Source: Pseudomonadota bacterium (lineage in GTDB: Bacteria > Pseudomonadota > Gammaproteobacteria > Steroidobacterales > Steroidobacteraceae). Taken from it: a stretch of DNA of 64,000 bases. The stretch's first letter is position 1; every line of letters starts with the position of its first letter. The notes under the pieces are model-generated. The model saw nothing but the letters and a program-made list of their open reading frames with translations, did no database searches and was not told the DNA's origin. Made by a program: the position numbers and the translations under genes. Shown piece by piece: positions 26,450-33,091 of the stretch. The stretch lies in assembly GCA_039931065.1 (NCBI GenBank), contig JBDTSP010000006.1, positions 126,161 through 190,160 of the forward strand, in the 5' to 3' direction.

Positions 26450-27603
26450 TGATCCCAATCATCAAGCCGATGATGGACGAGCGCGAGGCCGATGCGGCGC
26501 GCCGCGTCATTCTCTCCGGGTGGATCACCCAGGGCCCCGAGGTCGCGGCATTCGAAAAGGAATTCGCCGCCTATACGGGTGCCGACCACGCGGTCGCGGT
26601 CTCGAACTGCACGACCGCGCTGCACCTGGCGCTGATGGCGCTCGGCATCAAGCCGGGCGATGAAGTCATCACGGCCAGCCATTCGTTCATCGCGACCGCA
26701 AACGTCATCCGCTACTGCGGCGCGACGCCGGTGTTCGTCGACGTCGACCCGGTCACCTTCAACATCGATCCGGCCCGCATCGAAGCGGCGATCACTCCCA
26801 ACACGCGCGCCATCCTGTGCGTGCATCAGATGGGCATGCCCTGCGACCTTTCGGCCATCGTCAAACTCGCGCGCGCGCGCGGCCTCTACGTCATCGAAGA
26901 CGCGGCCTGCGCCATCGGCGCCGAGATCCGCTGGAACGGCCAGTGGGAAAAGATCGGCAAGGTGCACGGCGACATCGCCTGCTTCTCGTTCCATCCGCGC
27001 AAGGTGATGAGCACCGGCGACGGCGGCATGATCACCACGCCTAACAAAGAGTGGGCCGACAAATGCCGCCTGCTGCGCCAGCACGGCATGAGCGTGCCCG
27101 ACACCGTGCGTCACGGTTCGGCCAAGGTCATCTTCGAGTCGTATCCGGTCGTCGGCTACAACTTCCGCATGACGGACATCCAGGCGGCCGTCGGCCGCGA
27201 ACAGCTCAAGCGTCTCGCAGACATCGTGGCCGGGCGCCGCGCGATCGCGGATCAATATCGCGCGCTCATGAAAGACATTCCGGGGATCACCTTGCCGCAG
27301 GAGCCCGAGTGGGCCCGCAGCAACTGGCAGAGTTTCTGCGTACGCCTGCCTTCGACCCTCGATCAACGCGCGGTCATGCAACAGATGCTCGACGCGGGCG
27401 TTTCCACGCGCCGCGGCATCATGTGCAGTCATCGCGAGGAGCCGTATCGCGACGCGCGCCGTTCGGGAGACCTGAAACACTCCGAAGCCGCGCAGGATCA
27501 TTGCATCGTGTTGCCGCTGTACGGCCAGATGAGCACGGCGGACGTCCACGCCGTCGCGCAGGCGCTGCGCGGCGCTTGCGACGTCGCCAGCCGTGCGGCC
27601 TGA
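26449..27603 (+). CDS. DegT/DnrJ/EryC1/StrS family aminotransferase (second copy)
   Basis: MIPIIKPMMDEREADAARRVILSGWITQGPEV..., FSFHPRKVMSTGDGG. ATG 26449 overlaps the upstream stop (TAATG). Confidence 0.85.
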   Translation: MIPIIKPMMDEREADAARRVILSGWITQGPEVAAFEKEFAAYTGADHAVAVSNCTTALHLALMALGIKPGDEVITASHSFIATANVIRYCGATPVFVDVDPVTFNIDPARIEAAITPNTRAILCVHQMGMPCDLSAIVKLARARGLYVIEDAACAIGAEIRWNGQWEKIGKVHGDIACFSFHPRKVMSTGDGGMITTPNKEWADKCRLLRQHGMSVPDTVRHGSAKVIFESYPVVGYNFRMTDIQAAVGREQLKRLADIVAGRRAIADQYRALMKDIPGITLPQEPEWARSNWQSFCVRLPSTLDQRAVMQQMLDAGVSTRRGIMCSHREEPYRDARRSGDLKHSEAAQDHCIVLPLYGQMSTADVHAVAQALRGACDVASRAA

Positions 27604-28459
27604 GGCGCTGCCCGTGACGACAACCGCAGACACCGACCGGCCGATGGTGACGCTGATAAGGCCGAGCAGCGGCTGGTTCGACGTCGACCTGCGCGCCGTG
27701 TGGCGTTACCGCGAACTGTTGTTCTTCCTGGTGTGGCGCGAAGTGAAGATCCGCTACAAGCAGGCGGCGCTGGGCGTGGCCTGGGCGATCGTGCAGCCGT
27801 TGTTCACGGTGCTCATCTTCACGACCATCTTCGGCATCTTTGCGCGGTTTCCGTCCGATGGCCTGCCCTATCCGGTGTTCGCGCTCGCCGCGGTCCTGCC
27901 GTGGACGTACTTCGCCGAAGCATTGCGCCGTGGCGCGACCGGACTCGTGGCCGACGCCGATCTGGTCCGCAAGATCTACTTCCCGCGTCTGATCATTCCG
28001 ATCGCGGGCGTCACCTCACCGCTGGTCGACTTCCTGTTTGGCCTGCTGATCCTGATCGGCGTGATGTTCTGGTATGGCATCGTTCCGGGCTGGACCATCC
28101 TGCTGCTGCCCTTCTGGCTGTTCATCACGCTCGCCCTGGCGCTCTCGATTGGCCTGTGGCTCGGACCGATCAACGTGCGTTACCGCGACGTGATGCATAC
28201 GTTGCCGTTCGTCACGCAGGTGTGGATGTTCGCGACGCCGATCGTCTATCCGCTCAGCATGATCCCACCGAAATGGCAGGCCCTGTACAGCATCAATCCG
28301 ATGGTCGGAATCATCGAAGGGTTTCGCTGGTCGCTGCTCGGCACGGGCATGCCCAACCTGCTGTCGATCGGCATCAGCCTTTCCATCATCGTGATCGCCC
28401 TGGTGGGCGGTGCTATCTACTTCCGCAAAATGGAGCGGTCCTTCGCGGACGTCATATGA
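27593..28459 (+). CDS. wzm: ABC-2 type polysaccharide export permease
   Basis: YRELLFFLVWREVKIRYKQAALGVAWAIVQP signature and 6 hydrophobic segments. Alternative in-frame starts are GTG 27614 and ATG 27644. Confidence 0.85.
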   Translation: MRPEALPVTTTADTDRPMVTLIRPSSGWFDVDLRAVWRYRELLFFLVWREVKIRYKQAALGVAWAIVQPLFTVLIFTTIFGIFARFPSDGLPYPVFALAAVLPWTYFAEALRRGATGLVADADLVRKIYFPRLIIPIAGVTSPLVDFLFGLLILIGVMFWYGIVPGWTILLLPFWLFITLALALSIGLWLGPINVRYRDVMHTLPFVTQVWMFATPIVYPLSMIPPKWQALYSINPMVGIIEGFRWSLLGTGMPNLLSIGISLSIIVIALVGGAIYFRKMERSFADVI

Positions 28460-29706
28460 GTTCAGGAATCGCCATCCAGGCCCGCGGCCTCGGCAAACGT
28501 TATCTCCTTGGCGCAGCCGGAGCCCGCCACAACTCGCTGCGCGACGCATTGGTGTCGGGCGCGAAGTCGTTGATCGGTGCCAACAAGAAAACCGCCTTCA
28601 AGGAATTCTGGGCGCTCAAGGACGCCAACTTCGACATCGGCCACGGCGAAAACGTCGGCATCGTCGGGCTGAACGGCGCGGGCAAGAGCACTTTGCTCAA
28701 GATGTTGTCGCGCATCACCGAGCCCGCCACCGGCTCCGCCCGCATCGAAGGCCGCCTGGGCGCGTTGCTCGAAGTAGGTACGGGTTTCCACGGCGAACTC
28801 ACCGGCCGCGAGAACGTCTTCCTGTACGGCTCCATCCTCGGCATGCGCAAGGAAGAAGTACGCGCGAAGTTCGACGCCATCGTGGCGTTCTCTGGCATCG
28901 AGAACTTCATCGACACGCCGGTCAAACGATATTCGAGCGGTATGTACGTGCGCCTCGCCTTCTCGGTTGCGGCGCATCTCGAACCCGACATCTTGCTGCT
29001 GGACGAAGTTCTGGCCGTCGGCGACCTGGCCTTCCAGCGCAAGTGCATCGAACACGCCAAGGAGCTGCAGAAGCGCGACGCGACCATCCTGTTCGTCTCG
29101 CACAACATGTTCAGCATCAAGACGATGTGCGACCGGGTGATCTACCTGCGTCAGGGTCAGATCCAGTTCGACGGCAGCGTCGAAGGCGGCATCGAGCTGT
29201 ACGAAAAGGATTGCCGCATGGCGGCGCTGGCCTGGACAGAAACCAAGCCTGAGGAATGGCCGATCTTCATCACAAACTGCGAGCTGCGCGATGAACGTGG
29301 CGCGCCGAAGACCTTGTTCGAATTCGGCGAACGCATGCACGTGCGCCTGCACTACGACACGCGGCAGACGGTCGAAGATCCGAATTTCATCGTCGCGTTC
29401 GTTCGCTCCGATGGCGTCGCCGCGTGCAACTACAGCACCGAGCTCGACGGGCTGAATCTGGGCCAGGTCAACGGCGCCGGTTACATCGATCTCGAATTGC
29501 CGCCGCTCAAGCTCGTTTCCGAGATGTACACGATCTCGGTGATCATCCGCGAAAAGGGTTTCCAGCAAATCCTGTGCGGACAGATGGCCGGCACGTTCCA
29601 CGTCAAACACGACCTGTTCAACACGCACTTCGGTGTGTTCCACGAACCGGGGCAATGGTCGGCGAACGAGACCCCCAACGCAAAGGTGGCCGGTGCCAAG
29701 CGTTGA
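28456..29706 (+). CDS. wzt: polysaccharide export ABC ATP-binding protein with C-terminal Wzt-type carbohydrate-binding domain
   Basis: Walker A GLNGAGKST, signature YSSGMYVRLAF, Walker B ILLLDE. About 160 extra C-terminal residues look like a beta-sandwich. ATG 28456 overlaps the wzm stop (ATGA). The track ORF start at 27700 is an off-frame extension. Confidence 0.9.
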   Translation: MSSGIAIQARGLGKRYLLGAAGARHNSLRDALVSGAKSLIGANKKTAFKEFWALKDANFDIGHGENVGIVGLNGAGKSTLLKMLSRITEPATGSARIEGRLGALLEVGTGFHGELTGRENVFLYGSILGMRKEEVRAKFDAIVAFSGIENFIDTPVKRYSSGMYVRLAFSVAAHLEPDILLLDEVLAVGDLAFQRKCIEHAKELQKRDATILFVSHNMFSIKTMCDRVIYLRQGQIQFDGSVEGGIELYEKDCRMAALAWTETKPEEWPIFITNCELRDERGAPKTLFEFGERMHVRLHYDTRQTVEDPNFIVAFVRSDGVAACNYSTELDGLNLGQVNGAGYIDLELPPLKLVSEMYTISVIIREKGFQQILCGQMAGTFHVKHDLFNTHFGVFHEPGQWSANETPNAKVAGAKR

Positions 29707-30742
29707 CGTCGTAATCCCCTGTTACAACTACGCGAAGTACCTGCCACGTTGCATCGACAGCGTCCTCTCGCAACAAGGCGTCGAGGTTCGCGCGCTCATC
29801 ATCGACGACTGCTCGACGGATGACACACCCGCGGTCGGCGCGGCACTCGCACAACGCGATTCCCGCGTGTTGTACCGGCGTCACGCGAAGAACATGCGGC
29901 ACATCGCGACCTACAACGAAGGGCTCATCGATTGGGCGCAGGCCGACTATGTCCTGCTGCTTTCCGCCGATGACCTGCTGGCGCCACTCGGCCTGCAACG
30001 CGCGACCCGCGTCATGGAAGAAAATCCGAACGTGCACATGACGTACGGCATGGCGCTACTGTTCACCGAAGACGCGCAAGTCACGGACCTCCCCGCCGAT
30101 GCCAGCGCTGCCACTCACGCAATCGTGCGCGGCGCGGACTTCCTGCGCCGCTCGATCGTGGGAAATCCGGTGCCCACGCCCTCGGCCATCGCGCGTACGC
30201 GCATCCAGCACAAGGTCGGCGGATATTCCGCGGCGCTGCCGCACACCGCCGACATGGCCATGTGGATGCGGTTCGCCGTACAGGGTGACATCGGCGTGGT
30301 TCCCCAGGTGCTCGCTTACAAGCGAACCCACGCCACCAACATGAGCATCGCGTACGCCGCGCAACCGCTCGGCGATTTCCGCGAACGGGTCGATGCCTGT
30401 GACGAACTGCTGGGGAACGACGCCGGCGCTGGCGCGCCGACGCGGATCGAAGCGCGCGAGATCATCGGGAACCAGGTGTTCTGGTGGGCGAGCTCGTTGT
30501 TCGACGCCGGTGAAACGGCTGGTTGCGACGAGGCACTCAAACTCGCCGCGGAACTCGCGCCCAGTCTGCGCAGCTCCCCGGCCTGGCGGCGCCTCAAGTT
30601 GAAGCGTGTATTACCCGCCCCCGTGCGCCGCGCCATCGTTTCGCTTTCCGATCGCGCGCGCGGCACGGCATCGCCGGCCGCTGCGCTCTCGCCGACCCGC
30701 CAGATCGGCTGGTGGCCGGAAAATACAGCCGGCGCGAAGTAA
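29693..30742 (+). CDS. family 2 glycosyltransferase
   Basis: VDVVIPCYNYAKYL, DDCSTDDT and LLSADD motifs. GTG 29693 is preferred over the track start GTG 29633, which would overlap wzt by 74 nt. Confidence 0.8.
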   Translation: MPSVDVVIPCYNYAKYLPRCIDSVLSQQGVEVRALIIDDCSTDDTPAVGAALAQRDSRVLYRRHAKNMRHIATYNEGLIDWAQADYVLLLSADDLLAPLGLQRATRVMEENPNVHMTYGMALLFTEDAQVTDLPADASAATHAIVRGADFLRRSIVGNPVPTPSAIARTRIQHKVGGYSAALPHTADMAMWMRFAVQGDIGVVPQVLAYKRTHATNMSIAYAAQPLGDFRERVDACDELLGNDAGAGAPTRIEAREIIGNQVFWWASSLFDAGETAGCDEALKLAAELAPSLRSSPAWRRLKLKRVLPAPVRRAIVSLSDRARGTASPAAALSPTRQIGWWPENTAGAK

Positions 30743-30750
30743 TCGGTCGG

Positions 30751-31410
30751 TCAGACCGCTCGCCGGAAGCGCGTCCGCGCGCTCACCGCTACGCCTAACA
30801 AACCGAGCGCGAACAACGCCAGCGTGCCGGGTTCGGGGACGGCCTTGTAGAGGTAGACGCCTTGAGAGATTTCACGAATGTTCGTAGCGAGGCCGCCCAT
30901 GATCGTAAAGCTGTCCGAGCCGAATGGCGGGCTGTCGATGATGCCGCTGATGCCGTGGACCAGCCCGTCGGAACCGACATAGGTCCCCCGCGTGAGCCCA
31001 TTCAGGATGTTTTCAAAGGCCGGGCCCCAGTCGAACTGGATCGTGGGCTCGAGCACGCCGAATGCGGTTGCGCCGTGACCGGAAGCCATCGGAAACGCGG
31101 CGGAGTAGCCGTTGAGCGCCCCGGGCGGCAATCCGGCCACTTCGTAGAAGAGATCGCGGACGTCGTCGCGCGACGCCCAGGTGTAACCGGTGAGATCGAC
31201 GTCCGAACTCGAGCCGTTCGACGCCAGCACTCCGGAGCAATCGCCGGTGGCCGCGCTGCACACCGCGGAGGTGTCGTCCCAGGAGCGATAACGGGTGTCG
31301 TTGACGTCGAGCCATTCGCGACCCGAGGCGTCTATGTAGATAGGACCCGCGAAGGCCGCGCTTCCGACCAGACCCAGCACAGCCAACAGACTTGCCGCAT
31401 TCCTTTGCAT
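30751..31410 (-). CDS. PEP-CTERM sorting domain-containing secreted protein
   Basis: C-terminus VPEPGTLALFALGLLGVAVSARTRFRRAV. Signal peptide MQRNAASLLAVLGLVGSAAFA. ATG 31410 has RBS GAGG. Confidence 0.85.
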   Translation of the reverse strand: MQRNAASLLAVLGLVGSAAFAGPIYIDASGREWLDVNDTRYRSWDDTSAVCSAATGDCSGVLASNGSSSDVDLTGYTWASRDDVRDLFYEVAGLPPGALNGYSAAFPMASGHGATAFGVLEPTIQFDWGPAFENILNGLTRGTYVGSDGLVHGISGIIDSPPFGSDSFTIMGGLATNIREISQGVYLYKAVPEPGTLALFALGLLGVAVSARTRFRRAV

Positions 31411-31441
31411 TTTCGAACCTCGCTTAGTGATCACTTCGTAC

Positions 31442-31457
31442 TGCATCTTTCGCACCA
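31442..31457 (-). promoter_or_regulatory. sigma-54 -24/-12 promoter (P2) for the second PEP-CTERM gene
   Basis: The minus strand reads TGGTGCGAAAGATGCA with correct GG-N10-GC spacing. The -12 GC is about 33 nt upstream of ATG 31410. Confidence 0.6.
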
Positions 31458-31522
31458 ACCCGGAGGCATCGTTGCGCGTTCAGTTGCTTAGCCCGCATTG
31501 CGGAAAAAAAGCGACGCTCACG

Positions 31523-31539
31523 TGTAATAAACCTCGACG
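31523..31539 (-). promoter_or_regulatory. candidate UAS for P2
   Basis: TGTAataaacctcGACG (TGTA-N9-GACG). Its centre is 87.5 bp from the -12 GC of P2. The adjacent inverted repeat GGGCGAA-T-TTCGCCC lies at 31544-31558. Confidence 0.45.
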
Positions 31540-31651
31540 CCTCGGGCGAATTTCGCCCCGGGGTAACGCCTACGCCATTACGCGCCTCATCGAAAACGCG
31601 GCGACGTAGGACTCGCACAACGCGTGCGCGGCATGTGAAGTGCATCACATT

Positions 31652-31669
31652 TGTCGCTTAACGAGGACA
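31652..31669. promoter_or_regulatory. perfect TGTC-N10-GACA palindrome in the 436-bp divergent intergenic region
   Basis: TGTCgcttaacgagGACA. This is the same half-sites and spacing as the E. coli GlrR/QseF site consensus as I recall it. Confidence 0.4.
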
Positions 31670-31846
31670 GGGAAAAATTTACGAAACAGCGAACCCCTTA
31701 AAAACCAGCCTCGGTAGTGGTGCCGCAAACCGGCGACGTTTGCGATGAACGCGATACTAGGGCCACTATCTGCGGGCTTGCTTAGCCTTTGCCGGCCGCA
31801 TCCGTAGCCGTTCGAGCTGAATGCGCCCCACGAATCCAGGAGACGA

Positions 31847-33091
31847 ATGGTGCCAAGACGTTTTGGAAATCCCGCGAAGACCTTCGCGCGCCTCGGCGCC
31901 GCGCTTCTGTTTTGTGTCGCGCTGAACGTGCACGCGCAGACCACTATCAGCGTCAACAGCGCCGCCCAGTTGCAGAGTGCCGTGGGGACCGCCAACAGCG
32001 CGGGCGGCAATCGCATCATTTCGGTAGCCGATGGCACTTACACTTTGAGCGACACGTTGTACGTCAACGCGCCGAACGTCAGCATCATCGGCGCTTCGGG
32101 CAATCGCGACGGCGTGATCATCCAGGGCACCGGGATGAGCTCGACCGCGAGCGTCGGCACGATCATCCGCGTCGCGGCCAGCGGCTTCCAGCTGCGCTAC
32201 GTGACCGTGCAGAAGAGCAAGTACCACCTGATACAAATCGTCGGCGAAAGTAATGCCGACTCCCCGTCGTTGCGCGACTGCGTCCTGCGCGATGCCTATG
32301 AGCAGATGGTCAAGGTCAGCATCGACCAGTCGAACCTGAGTGTGGGCTCGGACAACGGCGTGGTCGAAAACTGCCTGTTCGAGTACACCGCCGGCATCGG
32401 CCCGCAGTACTACATTGGTGGCATCGATGCCCACGGCACCAAGAACTGGGTGGTTCGCGGCAATACCTTCCGCAACATCGCGAGCCCGAGCAACTCGGTG
32501 GCGGAATTCGCCGTGCACTTCTGGGACGGCTCCGCGAACAACACGGTCGAACGAAACGTGATCATCAACTGCGATCGGGGCATCGGTTTCGGCCTGCAGA
32601 CCTTTCCGAACAGCGGCGGCGTCATCCGCAACAACATGATTTATCACGCCGCCAACAATCACGCGTTTGCGGACAGCGCAATCGCGCTCGCCGAGAGCCC
32701 GAACTCGAAGGTCTACAACAACAGCGTCTATTACGAGAACAGCTACCCCTGGGCGATCGAATACCGCTTCGGCTCGACCACGGGCGTCGAGGTTTCCAAC
32801 AATCTCGTGAACAAGCAGATCCTGCCACGCGACGGGGCGACGGGCACCGCCTCTAACAACGTGACCAACGCGGTTTCGTCCTGGTTCGTCGCCGCCTCGA
32901 GCGGCAACCTGCACCTGGCTTCAGCGGTCGCGAGCGTGGTCGACAAGGGAAAGACCATCTCCGGCCTGGCCGACGATTTCGACGGCGAGGCGCGCCCCGC
33001 GGGCGCCGGGATAGACGTGGGCGCCGACGAATACGGCGGTGCCGCAGCTCCCCTCAAGCCCCAGCCCCCGACCAATGTTCGCGCGGAATGA
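31847..33091 (+). CDS. secreted right-handed parallel beta-helix protein (pectate-lyase-fold; putative polysaccharide lyase/hydrolase)
   Basis: Signal peptide ...LLFCVALNVHAQ. Repeated NxxxxNN/NNxI turns (VRGNTFRNI, ERNVIINCDRGIG, IRNNMIYH, VYNNSVYY, VSNNLV). RBS AGGAG. Confidence 0.75.
   Translation: MVPRRFGNPAKTFARLGAALLFCVALNVHAQTTISVNSAAQLQSAVGTANSAGGNRIISVADGTYTLSDTLYVNAPNVSIIGASGNRDGVIIQGTGMSSTASVGTIIRVAASGFQLRYVTVQKSKYHLIQIVGESNADSPSLRDCVLRDAYEQMVKVSIDQSNLSVGSDNGVVENCLFEYTAGIGPQYYIGGIDAHGTKNWVVRGNTFRNIASPSNSVAEFAVHFWDGSANNTVERNVIINCDRGIGFGLQTFPNSGGVIRNNMIYHAANNHAFADSAIALAESPNSKVYNNSVYYENSYPWAIEYRFGSTTGVEVSNNLVNKQILPRDGATGTASNNVTNAVSSWFVAASSGNLHLASAVASVVDKGKTISGLADDFDGEARPAGAGIDVGADEYGGAAAPLKPQPPTNVRAE

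Noticed and set aside
27700-29706. The 668-aa ORF that appears to fuse wzm and wzt.
   Set aside because: The first ~250 residues are an alternative frame of wzm with no ABC features. The real wzt starts at ATG 28456, overlapping the wzm stop (ATGA).
31491-31510. A small hairpin CCGCA-T-TGCGG followed by A7 that looks like a terminator.
   Set aside because: On the plus strand the run is A, not T. On the minus strand the T-run precedes the hairpin. The stem is only 4-5 bp. It is not a functional intrinsic terminator in either direction.
31712-31774. Two GG-N10-GC candidates, CGGTAGTGGTGCCGCA and AGGGCCACTATCTGCG, as a sigma-54 promoter for the beta-helix gene.
   Set aside because: Only the invariant dinucleotides match and the flanking consensus positions are poor. 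I cannot support either as a feature without TSS data.
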